From: Mobula hypostoma
Taxonomy: Eukaryota
Assembly (NCBI RefSeq): GCF_963921235.1
Contig: NC_086097.1
Location: forward strand, 209,128,001 to 209,192,000
Direction of reading: 5' to 3'
Length of the DNA: 64,000 nt
Made by a program: the position numbers and the translations under genes. Every line of letters starts with the position of its first letter. Positions within the stretch are counted from its first letter, which is position 1. The notes beneath the pieces were generated by a model, which saw only the letters and a list, made by a program, of their open reading frames with translations, made no database searches and was not told where the DNA came from. This document shows positions 12,681 through 25,559 of the stretch, piece by piece.

Positions 12681-13085
12681 TCAGTCCCCTATCACTACCG
12701 CTCCTCTCTTTTCCATCTTTCCTTTCTGCATCATGGACCCACATTCAGTGCCTGTAACGTGGTCCCTGTGGCACTCCCATAGGAGGTCATCCCCCACAAC
12801 CATATCCAAATCAGTATCATTATTGAGGGGAATGGCCATGGGGTGCTAACTGCCTACTTACTTTCCCATTTCTGCTCCTGACAGTCATCCAGCTACCCAC
12901 CTCCTGCAGCTGAGGGGTGACTACTTCCCTGTAACTCCAATCGGTGATCTCCTCGCTCTCCCATACAAGCCAAAGGTCATGCAGCTGCTGCTCTAGATCC
13001 CTAACACGGTCAGTCCTCTGCTGCATTTTTAGATACTTCGTGATCCCAAGGTTGTTGACCTGAACAGATGCAGGTGTAGGTAGTA
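12681..13085 (-). mobile_element. CR1 ORF1 upstream region
   Basis: DRVRDLEQQLHDL..SYREVVTPQLQ in ORF 12820-13092. Confidence 0.6.
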
Positions 13086-13126
13086 CTGTCAAAAATGTTC
13101 ACTCCCTCAGACCACTGTGGTTGCAT

Positions 13127-14208
13127 TAGAAAAACATAGAAAACTTACAGCACAATACAGGCCCTTCCCCCCACAATGCTGTGCCGAACATGTCCTTACC
13201 TTAGAAATTACTTAAGGTTACCCACAGCCCTCTATTTTTCTAAGCTCCATGTACCTATCCAGGAGTCTCTTAAAAGACCCTATCGTATCCACCTCTACCA
13301 CTGCCACCAGCAGCCCATTCCACGCACTCACCACTCTCCTCTGTACCTACTTCCAAGCACCTTAAAACTGTGCCCTCTTGTGCTAGTCATTTCAGCCCTG
13401 GGAAAAAGCCTCTGACTATCCACACAATCAATGCCTCTCATTACCTTGTACACCTCTATCAGGTCACCTCTCATCCTTCGTCACTCCAAGGAAAAAAGGT
13501 CGAGTTCACTCAACCTATTCTCATAAGGCATGCTCCCCAATCCACGCAACATCCTTGTAAATCTCCCCTGCACCCTTTCTAAGGTTTCCACATCCTTCCT
13601 GTAGGGAGGCAACCAGAACTGAGCACCGTACTCCAAGTGGGGTCTGACCAGGGTCCTATAATAGCTGCAACAGTACCTCTTGGCTCTTAAACTCATTCCC
13701 ATGATTGATGAAGGCCAATACACCGTATGCCTTCTTAACCACAGAGTCAACCTGCGCAGCTGCTTTGAGTGTCCTATGGATTCAGACCCCAAGATCTCTC
13801 TGATCCTCGACACTGCCAAGAGACTTACCATTAATGCTATATTCTGCCATTATATTTGACCTATCAAAATGAACCACCTCACACTTATCTGGGTTGAACT
13901 CCATCTGCCACTTCTCAGCCCGTTTCGCATCCTATCAATGTCCTGCTGTGACAGCCCTCCACACTATCCACAACACCTCCAACCTTTGTGTCATCTGCAA
14001 ACTTACTAACCTATGCCTCCACTTGCTCATCCAGGTCACTTATAAAAATCATGAAGAGCAGGGGTTCCAGAACAGATCCTTGAGGCACACCACTGGTCAC
14101 CGACCTCCATGCAGAATATGACCCACATACAACCACTCTTTGCCTTCTGTGGGCAAGCCAGTTATGGATTCCCAAAGCAATGTTCCCTTGGATCCCATGC
14201 CTCCTTAC
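13127..14208 (-). mobile_element. CR1 LINE 3' fragment
   Basis: RTLVRPHLEY.AQFW.P.YRKDVETLERVQ.RFTRML in ORF 13481-13831. Confidence 0.8.
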
Positions 14209-16088
14209 TATTAGGTTTTGAACATATCCTGAACAAGCCTTAAAATTTTGTGACTGACTGAAACTGAGCCACTCAGAAGCTGGAAATGGGAAATATAAAT
14301 TTATTTAATCAAACAGTAAACTTCCGGAAGAGTGAGTCCAAACAAATCTTACACTCCTGATAAAATATTTTATAATTCTTCAATGTGAAGATAACATTAA
14401 ATGATCAACTGCAGTTTTAAGTCCTATTATCACTTATTATCTGTGACAGTGTACTAATAGCAGGAATATTCATCTATTATCTTCCCTTATGTAGTTTCAA
14501 TAAGACAGAATCAGAATGCTCCACACTGAATGATTGTTTTCACTAGCCGCAAAGTATTTGTTGGAAATTAAATTACATACTATTTTTCTCTCTTGAAAAC
14601 TGATTCACAGTTTAGTTAATCAATAATTATGCAATCCACATCATTACATACCGTACAGGTTCAGGTCAAAGAAACAGAACTGGGAAAAAGAAAAATAAAT
14701 ATTTTAAAATGGCAGGGAGGGAAGGAAAAGGAGGGAATATGGTCGAGGCTAGGATTGTTGTGGGGTTAAGAGTTAAACTGTAGCTGGATTTATCTAGTTG
14801 AGGAAATTGTGAGGTGAGTTAGAGAACACACACAAACACACACGTGAAATCATGCCGTGCTAGTGGACAAAAAAATGACTCTTCCATGATTACAGACGGA
14901 TGGCACACAGTTTTAATAGAAATGGAGAAAGCAAGTTACTTGAATTTGCAAATTTTGACATTAGAAACCAACAAAGTTCAATGACCTTAGAAGGTGATGT
15001 GTAAACCGTATCTGTGAAGAATTTGGATGAACTGTAGAATCAGAACCAGAACTTTACTGAGACAGACAGGAGTTGATTCTAGCCATGACCAACCTCTCAA
15101 AGCATTCCATCACCATAGCTGTGAGTGCTACTGGACAATAGTCATTAAAGCAGCTTAAAGTTTATGCAGACTACAAAAGGAGAGACTTGCCAGAACTGAC
15201 AAGATACAGTTTCAAACATAATTAGTAATTATCAGTACTACTGGGGAATCCGCAATCCTTTAATTCCTTGACTGATGTGGCGGCCATATCTTCTAATTTC
15301 TACCCTTATTTTTCACAGGGGTTTTCAGCAGATGATTCACCTTTTGCAATCTCTTTCATAAAAGTTCCTAGTTCCTACTAACAGTCCGCCCATTGCCCTC
15401 TCCACCTTTTGTTGTGCAGACTAACTTGCTTTCTCATTTCATTTCCGATGAAGGGTCTTGGAGCTGAAATGCCAATTGATATCTCTTTCCACTGATGGTG
15501 CTTAACTGGCTGAGCTCTTCAACCATTCACTTTCTTGCTTCATTTTCCAGCATCTGCAGTTTTATCTGTGGTCAGGATTTTGTAGGCAAATGAAGGATAT
15601 ATGCCGCACTTCCTTTCCCCATCTGTAGCCTTCGCCGCGTTGCAAGGTAGTTGAACACAAGAGCCCCTGGTTCCCTGGAGGACAAATCCTCCATCACAGC
15701 CCTCGTTCACGTGGGCATTGTGAAGTCACCGGGTCGCGTGCTGGAGTGATAATGGGACCGTGCAGCGCGTGACACCAGCGCAATGTGCCCGCGCCTTGAC
15801 CTGGTTCCAGCACCAATTCCCTGTGATTGCTGGTGATGCACCGAGAATAAAAAGAGCGCGCCGCCAGCGCCAAAATACACGGATTACGCCGAGTTACTAT
15901 GGTGAGTCCACCGAGTGTGAGAAGCCCCCAAGCCCCCAAAGCACCAACTGCAGGAAAATGACAAAGACGTGCAGCCGGGAAATAATCCAAATGTACACAT
16001 TGAATGTTTTATGGTGCAGAAATTATATATTAATCTTGAAAAATTGTAGCTTTCTAGTTGATAATACAAGTAACTTATAAAAAATAAA

Positions 16089-16180
16089 GCAACATCCAGA
16101 AAATGCTGGAGGAACTCAGCAAGGCCGGCAGCATCTATGGAAAAGACACGTTTCGGGCCAAGACCCTTCAGCAGGACTGC
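16089..16180 (-). repeat. Short Penelope pLTR-derived element with a hammerhead-like core
   Basis: Reverse complement reads AGTCCTGCTGAAGGGTCTTGGCCCGAAACGTG..ATAGATGCTGCC..CTGAGTTCCTCCAGCA, homologous to 8401-8500. Confidence 0.65.
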
Positions 16181-16849
16181 AGAAAAACATGATAAATCAA
16201 CGTGCTGCGGTCGTTCGCAAACACAGGATATAACCAAGACGTGTCATAGTCATAGACATACTTTATTGATCCCGGGGGAAATTGGTTGTCGTTACAGTTG
16301 CACCATAAATAATAAATAGTAATAGAACCATAAATAGTTAAATATTAATATGTAAATTACGCCAGTAAATTATGAAATGAGTCCACGACCAGCCTATTTT
16401 CTCAGGGTGTCTGACCCTCCAAGGGAGGAGTTGTATAGTTTGATGGCCACAGACAGGAATGACTTCCTATGCATCTCAATGGAATGAGTCTCTGGTTGAA
16501 TGTACTCCATGTGCTGCTTTATTCAGATTTTAGATGCCGTGATGGAAATCATAGTATTCAAAGTTTGTCTTTTCGGAATATGTCAAAGCGTCTTATTAAG
16601 GACTATATCCATAAATATACCATGATTAATTCATAAAATTGAAAACATCGTTTTTGTGCATGCTCTGTGGACCAATGCAATATTAATAATGTATACATTT
16701 CCTACAATAAATAGTTTCCTTAAAACTGAAAATTTTACTGCTAATGTTAAAGTTCAACAATATCGAGGACCAGCAAAGTTTTTAATAGCAAAGTAAGGAA
16801 GTTATGTGGAGTGCAGTCCCTTTTATTGAGGAGTTGCTTTAAATAATGC

Positions 16850-17470
16850 TCCGTAATCCGATTAATTGTAAAATGCCTTGAAGCAGATTACAGTCCTAAA
16901 AGTAATTCAGCATCTGCCGTTCAAACCCACTGCAGCACCTTTTCAATGCGTTAGCCATTACAATAATGTGTTTTTAATCTTACACCAAGATTGCTTGAAT
17001 TTTGTTAGGGGCAGTCAGGAACATAATTAGAGTTTTTGAAAAAAAAACACAAGCTGACTGAAGAATGGTAAGTAGAAACATCCAAAATTAAATTCACGCT
17101 CTGAAATGGACCACAGTTTCGAAATTCTTCTGTTTTCAGTATTTTCAATGATTGTAAAGCATGTTATGTGCTATAAATGAATCAAACAGTTATTGCTATA
17201 TTCCAAAATGATTTTTGTTAATGTTAGTATCTTTATGAAGATACCAGGGAAGTTGATTTGAAATGAATTCGTAACAATTCATTTTAGAGCAGTATACAAG
17301 CTTTAGCTGCTGGGATTAGATTGAAACTGGATTAAGCAAATTGATTCTGTTGTTTCTTTGACCATGAAGCTTGAAATAAATCTTTCCGTATAATCTCAAG
17401 GTAACATTAGACACTCAGCTGAAGATTTGAAGATTCAGTAATAAAGTAGAAAACCAATGCTTAAGGTAAT
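16850..17470 (+). promoter_or_regulatory. Candidate RP1 photoreceptor promoter and non-coding exon 1
   Basis: TE-free stretch with TAATCCGATTA (16854-16864), GGATTA at 17313 and 17329, TAATCT at 17391; candidate donors AAG|GTAAC (17400) and AAG|GTAAT (17465); exon 2 has an acceptor upstream of its ATG, so an upstream exon must exist. Confidence 0.45.
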
Positions 17471-18409
17471 GTTTTTTTAGTGCATGGTGATTGCAGTGTT
17501 ATACTGGGTAAGTGACTGTACATATGAAGTAAAATTAGTGACTAAACTGAACTTCTGGAATAATGGACGGATAACAATGCACGGATGGATGTTTTTAGCA
17601 GCATTTTAAATTTATTTATTATGTGTAAATGTAGATTTTTCTTTTAGTGTTGGCCACAGTACTCATTTGTAATGTTATGTTTACCTAGTTACCTAACAGC
17701 TTGCAAATGCTGAATTATGAATTATTCAAAAAATCATTTGATCTATTAAACTCTGATACATAATTTTGAAGTAAGTTTCTTTGTTGTAGTCAATGTTCAT
17801 ATGAGAAATTAGAAAAAAAACTACATCTAATCATATTTTCTATCTGCTAATTAAACTTTATACAATGTGGTCGCTAATAGCTTATATATATAGAGAGAGA
17901 GAGCTATATATATAGAGCTATATTTTTCTGGTCTATTTGGCTCATAGTAAGTACTACAAATGATAAAGGACTGAAAAGCTCTTCTGTAACATTAGTACTT
18001 TCCAGTCAATATGTTCACATTGAGAATGTATACCAAATTATTTGTTTTGGGTTTATTATTGTCAGAAGTACTAAGATACTGTGAAAAGTTTTCCTTGTAA
18101 GCTGTTTATATGGATCAAATCCTTACACAGTGCATTAAACTAGAATAAGGTAAAACTAACAAAGCAAATAAAGGGTAAAAGCTACTGAAAAAGTGCAGTG
18201 CAGGTGAACTATAAAGTGTAAGGTGAAGTGTGAGATTGAAACATCAAGGCAACTGCGGAGGGTGAGTGCCGTCTGCCTGCCTTGTGATCACTGGTGGGAT
18301 CGCTCTACTACTGGAGAGGAGAGACTGCTTTTTGATTGCTGGTGGAATCGCTGAGCTGCCGGAGAGGGGAGACTGCCTTATGATCATTAGTGGGATTGTG
18401 GAGAAATTA

Positions 18410-18640
18410 CTTTTGTCAGAGGGTGGTAAATCTGTGGAATTTGTTGCCATGAGTGGCTGTCGAGGCCAAGTCATTGGTGCATTTAAGGCAGAGAGAGATA
18501 GGTTCTTGATTAGCCAGGGCATCAAAGGGCATGGTGAGAAGACGGGAGTGGGAATGACTGGAAGAATTGGATCAGCCCGTGATTGAATGACGGAGCAAAC
18601 TCAGTGGGCCGAATGGCCTACTCATGCTCCTACGGTCTTA
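18410..18640 (+). mobile_element. CR1 3'-end fragment
   Basis: FKAERDRFLISQGIKG plus CR1 3' UTR. Confidence 0.6.
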
Positions 18641-18989
18641 TGGGATTGCTCTGCTGTTGGAGAGGGGAGAGGCTGTCACTGTGCCTGGAGAATGTTACCC
18701 AGGTTTTCAGCATTGTGGATATAGGGATCTTTTTTGAGCCTTATAGCTTTTTTATATTCTCTGATTTTCACCTGATCTTTCTTGTTCGTTTTGTGTGCGG
18801 GAGAGGGGGATTTGGAGGGGAGATGTCAATGTACCTGTTCCATTTTTGTTCATTTTTCTGAACAAAGAGGGAGGATTTGGGGTTGATAATCGTGCTGCCA
18901 GTCTTTCTTGGTTTCATGGCTATCTGGAGAAGAGGAATCTCATAATTGTATACTTTGATAGTAAATGAACCTTTGAACTGTTGTTTATA

Positions 18990-19495
18990 ACGAGGTAGAT
19001 TGTGAGGTTTAATCAAGAGCCTGACACCAGTGGAATAGAAGTTGTTCTCGAGCCTGGTGGTCCTTGTTTTCAGACTCGTGATTCTTCTGCCTGGTGGGAG
19101 AGGGGATAAGTGAGAATGTCCGGAGAGGGTGGGGTCTTTGATTATGCTGGCTGATTTACTGAGGCAGTGAGAAGTGCCCATGTAGAGGAGGCTAGTTTCT
19201 GCGGTGAGGAGCGGTGTCCACAACCTTCTGCAGTTTCTTTGGTCTTGGTTGCCACACCCAGTTGTGATCCATTTGGATCAGATGCTCTCTGTGATACATT
19301 GATAAAAATTGGTAAGAGTCAGTTGGGGCACGGCACCTTTTTTCAGCCAATTGAAAAAGTAGAGGTATTAGTGAGCTTTACTGGCCATGACATCGATGTG
19401 ACTGGACGAGGACAGGCGATGTGAGATGCTTTATCCTCACTCTAATTCAGCACTTTTGATCATCCCCTTTCTGAAATCAAACACCAGCTCTATTG
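18990..19495 (-). mobile_element. Degraded Rex1/Babar fragment
   Basis: SIIKDP..PLPPGRR.TSLKTRTTRL.NNFY. Confidence 0.6.
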
Positions 19496-19639
19496 TAGAC
19501 AATTATTATTATGTGAAATGTGAAGTACATAACTTGCTTTCTAATTAGATTAAATACATTATAATAAAACTACCTTAATAGTAATATACTAATGATGAAT
19601 TTACCTCGAGTACTTAAAATTTTGGAAAACAACTGATTT

Positions 19640-20440
19640 TAAGATTACTTTATACTTTATTGTCGCCAAACAATTGATACTAGAACGTAAATCATCACAG
19701 CGATATTTGATTCTGCGCTTTCTGCTCCCTGGATTACAAATATTAAATATTAAAAATGGTAAAAATTAGTAAATATTAAAAAATTTAAATTATAAATCAT
19801 AAATAGAAAATAGAAAAATGGAAAGTAAGGTAATGCAAAAAAAACAGAGAGGCAGGTCCGGATATTTGGAGGGTATGGCCCAGATCTGGGTCAGGATCCG
19901 TTCAGCAGTCTTATCACAGTTGGAAAGAAGCTGTTCCCAAATCTGGCCATATGAGTCTTCAAGCTCCTGAGCCTTCTCCCGGAGGGAAGAGGAACGAAAA
20001 GTGTGTTGGCTGGGTGGGTCGTGTCCTTGATTATCCTGGCAGCACTGCTCCGACAGCGTGCAGTGTAAAGTGAGTCCAAGGACGGAAGATTGCTTTGTGT
20101 GATGTGCTGCGCCGTGTTCACAATCTTCTGCAGCTTCTTTCGGTCTTGGACAGGACAACTTCCATGTCAGGTTCTGATACACCCTAGAAGAATGCTTTCT
20201 ACGGTGCATCTATAAAAATTAGTGAGGGTTTTCTTTAGTTTTCTCAGGTAGTAAAGGTGCTGGTGGGCCTTCTGGGCAGTAAACTCTGCTTGGTTGGAAC
20301 AAGTCAGGTCATTTGTGGTATTGACCCCGAGGAACTTAAAGCTTTTGACCTGTTCCACTTGCGCACCACCGACGTAAATTGGGTCGTGCAGTCTGCTACT
20401 CCTTCTGAAGTCAACAACCAATTCCTTCGTCTTGCTGATA
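19640..20440 (-). mobile_element. Rex1/Babar LINE 3' fragment
   Basis: VVDFRR..EQVKSFKFLGV..KAHQHLYYLRKL; IIKDTTHP..LPSGRRLRS..NSFFP. Confidence 0.8.
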
Positions 20441-22250
20441 GATTACTGATTATTGGGCTGAGATTGTACCTTCCAAAGCCCTGCTCTAAGTTCATCATTG
20501 ATAGCTAAGCACCTGCCACTATAGCACATCTGTCATGAGCTTGAACATCAGATGCTTCTCCCTCAGTGGGACCAAAGCAGTGATGCCAATCCAAGGTATA
20601 TCTTCTTGGTCTCTTGTGCTAGGAGGAATATCAAAACTGCTGTTTTTGTGTGTCTAAATTAAACAGGATTAGTCTGGAGTAGAGATTCAATACCTCAATT
20701 TCATTAGCTGATATACTTACCTTGAAAGAGACAAGTCAAGGAATTCTACCTTTTACAAACAATTCAGAGCGACAACAGACGTTGCACAGATTTGCCCATT
20801 ACATTTGCTGGAGATTTCACCATGTATCTCATGGGCTGCTGGGAATGTTCCACCTTTGTCTTTGATTTATGTACATAGTTCATGATTATGTTTATTATTA
20901 AATTTTCTTTTTTCAAGAAAAGATTTGGGAAAACTGTCATTGGGAGTGTGCTTTAGAAAATAGTAGTGAGATAACAGCATGTATAAAATTACTTGAGCTA
21001 AAATTCTTAATTTTCAAATGGTTTTCACTTCAAGGAAATGTTAATCAAAAATACTCAATAGTTGTATTGGAGATTAAGATAAATAGGAAGTTATCACAAT
21101 ATTTTAATTTTGCTTCCATAGGTATTTGAAGACACTTAATTTGGTCATTATCCAGGTATGTAGAATTTTTGTAATGAAGGACCTACTGAATTTTATAATT
21201 ATGCACAGCTTTGATTTATATCATGCCTTTAAGACAAGGAAGTTATTTCAAAGTTCTGCTCAGAAACCAAATAGAAAATAATAATAAAAATACAAAAGAT
21301 TAAGATCAACTCGGGAACTTTGAGACTTTTTTTTTTACCGTGCCCATGGTTTGTTCTTCATCAAATTATGGTATTGCTTTGCACTGCTGTAACTATATGC
21401 TATAATTATGTGGTTCTGTCAGTGTTAGTCTTTGGTTTGTTCTGTTTTCTGTGATATCACTCCGGAGAAACATTGTATCATTTCTTAATGCATGTATGCA
21501 ATTTTAAATGACAATAAAAGAGGATTGAGTGTTCTCATAATCTAAAAAATGTTTCAAGTCAATGACTATTGTTTTCAGAATTAGTTCTGATGTAAGGTCA
21601 TTGGCATTAATCCTTTCTTCTTCATTGGTCATATTGATGAAGATCCTAATTCCACTTTCCCTTCCCTTATGAAAGTCTCTTGTAACGTATAAAGGCTCTT
21701 GTAATTAACATATTGCAAGACCCTTTCATTATATTGAAGGCTTCTTTTCATGTCACCGTTCAGCTGTTTCTAATTGTGAATTTCAGTAGATTTTTCTGGA
21801 TAAGCAGAATCATTTTCTTCTGTATAAATCTTTGTGATTTTTTTTGCAAGTTCAGCAATGCCAGTTTATCTTTTTTATCATATAAATGTTAAATATTTAA
21901 TAAATGCTTCTACTGGATAACACTGTACCAGCATATCGCCGCCTTTGAGTTGCTTCATAGTTTGTAAGCAAATCTGCAGTTCACAGTTGTGCATATAGGA
22001 TATTTTGTTTAATAACATTTGAATCTGGTGTCCTTTCAAATTTGTAGTTACTTGTAATGGTTCCTATTACATTATGTGAAATTTTATAATTAGTTTTGGA
22101 TTGATGCAGTCTAAAAGTAATTGCCTGTAAGAAAACATTTACATTATTTCATGATCAGTGTGCATCACTGAGATAGAATATCATATTGTAGGGTAAATAT
22201 TTGACCCATGGATTTTTGTTTTTTTCCCAGAGCACACTCATTAGTAGAAG

Positions 22251-22895
22251 ATGGCCGATCAACTATCTTTACAGCAGTTGCAAGAAAAGTCCCACATCTC
22301 AAAAACTGGGAAGGCTGTCTCCTCACATCATTTCCGAGTTCCAAATGCTGTAATATCAAAAAAGATTTATTTTTATAAAAGTGGAGACCCAAAGTTTTCT
22401 GGGATTAGGGTGGCTATCAACAGTCGTACATTCAAGACATTTGATTCATTATTAGATGATTTATCTAACAAAATTCCATTGCCATTTGGGGTACGAACAA
22501 TTACCACACCCCACGGTAGTAACAGTGTGAAAAGTCTATCAGACCTTAAAGATGGACAGTCTTACATTTGTTCTGACCGAAGGAAAGTGAAACCTATTAA
22601 CCTTGAGGTAGCTAATAGGAAGCAGCATCCCTGGTTTGTTAGCAAGTCATTTAATCCAGAGCAGCCTGCAACACAACAAAGCAGAATGAAAGCTTACAGA
22701 GCGCTTTATGGGGACTCGCCACAATCCACTGGAGTTCCAAAGAAACTTGTCATTTTCAGAAATGGTGATCCTAGTTTCAGACGTAATCTGATTATGAATA
22801 AACAAACCGTGCAAAGCTTTAGAGTATTATTAAAATATATTGCTGATCTGATGCACTTTCCTGTGCTAAAGCTGTACAGCACAGATGGGAAAGAG
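22251..22895 (+). CDS. RP1: RP1 first coding exon (exon 2, starts at 22231): doublecortin domain 1 and most of domain 2
   Basis: KKIYFYKSGDPKF.G..INSRTFKTFDSLLDDLS.KIPLPFGVR and LVIFRNGDP..LYSTDGKE; acceptor TTTTTCCCAG at 22230; donor GAG|GTAAG at 22895, phase 0. Confidence 0.95.
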
Positions 22896-23364
22896 GTAAG
22901 TACATTTTTCACATTGATAAGAGCCTAATCTTAGAAAATAATACTTTATTAGTGATTCATGAGTAAACCAAGATTGGTCTACAGTGACCAATTCTTATCA
23001 CAATCATTAGAATAAGAAATATTGCCTTTGGCAATAGATATAGGTACTGAATTTCTTAGTAAGTCAATCAGATAAACTCTCGGGACATCTAATGAAAGTA
23101 TAATGACAAATGTAATTCCTGAGCTCCACTATATTACAAGCATAAGCAAACAATTGGCAAAAAGAAAAGAATGACTGTGTCTTCCAGTTAATTCCACAAG
23201 AGCTGGTGCTGCCCATGTGAACCATCAACCTGTATCTAAACTCCTGAGAGATAAGAGAAAGTATATTATACTTCTTAGACTAAAATAAGAAAAGTATGTT
23301 CAATTGGCATTCCTGTCATTAGCACTCATGGATTAGTAACTTGTTCTAAATATGCTAATTAGAT

Positions 23365-23910
23365 TTATAGAGTAATATGGTTCAGAAACAGACCCTTTGA
23401 CCCAACTCATCCATGCCAACCAAGGTGCCCTCCAGACTAGTCCTCCTAGCTCATGTTTGGCCTTTATCCCTCCAAATCAGGGGTTCCCAACCTACTTTAT
23501 GCCATGGGCCCCTACCATTAAACAAGGGTTCTGTAGACCCCAAATTGACAAACTCTGCTCTAAACTTTTCCTAACCACATATTTTTCCCAAAGTTTGGTG
23601 AATGTGTTATTGCACTTGCCTCAAGGACTTCCTCTGGCAGCTTGTTCTGCAGGAAGAAGTTGCCTCCTTAGATCCATTTGTAAAATCTTTCTCCCCTTGC
23701 AATAAGCCTGTGCCTTCTACCATTTTCTATCCTTTCCCGAAGAAATAAACAGTATGCATTCACCGTATTTATGCTCTTAATGATTTTGTATATCTCTGTA
23801 AGTTCATACCCCAGCCTCTCCTATGTTCCAAGGAATAAAGTCCTAACCTGCCCAATCTCTCCTTATAACTCAGGCTCTAGTTTAGAGTTTTGACAACATC
23901 CTTGTAAACT
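23365..23910 (-). mobile_element. Old CR1 3' fragment containing an 80-bp hAT-like MITE (23478-23557)
   Basis: CR1-like 3' sequence; MITE CAGGGGTTCCCAA...TTGACAAACTCTG with imperfect 8-bp TSD CTCCAAAT/CTCTAAAC. Confidence 0.55.
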
Positions 23911-25559
23911 TGTTAAATATGATTTAAGTATTCCATTTAACAAAAGGCTTATATTGGCCAAGTACTTTTCAAAATAATATTCAGTAAATAATTAATAATA
24001 AAGGTAAGTAATATTGACTTAAGAATTTACTGTTTTTGAGAACAAATGATTCATATATATTTTTAAACGGCATAGATTTCCCTACTTGTGCAACAAATTA
24101 AATGGAACATGGATAAGTTTAAATAATTTGTAAAAATTGTATATTAGTTACAGTGAAACTAAATGAAATAGATTTGATTTTATAGAATCCTATTCCATTT
24201 AGTTTTGAGAAGCCACATGCAAAAGAATGAAAATATAGTCGTTAAAGTACAGAAAAATAATGAATCTAAGAAAGCACTTTTGCTTCAATGTATTTTATTT
24301 ATATAATAAGCACCCTCTTTGGTTTAAAGTTTTGAATGCAGTTCAACAGAAAATATAATTATCACAAAGATGTAGTTTGCTGAAATACTCAGCAGACCAG
24401 GCAGTATCTAAGGAGAAAGAATGAAATTAACTCTTATGCTCATTAATGTCAGAGGCCCAAAGTCTGCATGTCTATTGCAGGCTGGTATTGGGCTTTTCTG
24501 GGGTTGGAGGCTTGTTTGTGTGTGTGAGTAAGTGAGTAGGTGGGTGGGAATGAAGAAAGGGGCTTGTTGTTCTGTTGCTGTTGTTGCATTGTTGTTCTTT
24601 TGTCTGTTGTTCTGCTGAAATTCGTGGGTATGCTGTAATGAAACTAGAATGTGCAGCAAAATTTGCGGGCTGATCACAGCACATCCTTGGGTTGTGTTGG
24701 TTGTTAATGCAAATGACACATTTGCTGCCATTTCACTTATTGTTTGTCTCACTTATTGCTGTCAGTTCCTTCTGAAAGAGAACCAGGTAAAGGCTGAGAC
24801 CTGGATGTGGTTGTTCATGCATTAGACAATCAATATATACAGAAGTGGCATATGAAAGGCATGATGAGCTGCATGGCCATTGGAGAGAGGGAAATTTGAG
24901 AGAACATGGTTACAATAGGCAGGTTACGAATTCTGAGGCTCAATTAACTGCCAAGTGAAAAATAATCATATATATATAAACTTACAGATGTGGCTGTCAA
25001 TAGTCCTGTGATGGCTAGCATGAAGTTCATTATTACCTCTACTCTCTCATTTCAAGAATGCATTGCTATTTACATCATGCCTGCCATTCGCCAGCTTGAT
25101 AGCAAAAGAGAGTTGTGTTTTCACTTGATGGCATTCAGCATAACTGATTGCGAACCGGTGATGGAAACAGAGGCAGCAGTGGAAAATCTGATTTGAAGAG
25201 TGCAGGGGACCCAAAATCTATTCTGCTAGACTCTAGAGGCCATCATTGTAGGAAATACTTTGGGATGACTGCAGTCAGAAGTAGCCTTTCTGCATACTTT
25301 GCAAAGCGATATGAAAAATCTCCTTCAAGTGTATGTCACGATGTCACTGGTCTGTAAAATGACATCTTCCTCCATGGATCCTGTGGTCAGCTGCATTGAT
25401 CATTACACATGCAGTCCTATTTGAGTGTGTGCCACCTCAGACTTGCACACCATGGAAAACAGATTGAAGAGGATGACGGGTATTTCAGCCTCAGTTGTTC
25501 TGTACCTCATTAAATTACAGCAAAATATCCATGTAGGAACTGTGTGGGACAGCAGTGAA

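Noticed and set aside
17876..17922. TA/GA quasi-palindrome
   Set aside because: Low-complexity microsatellite
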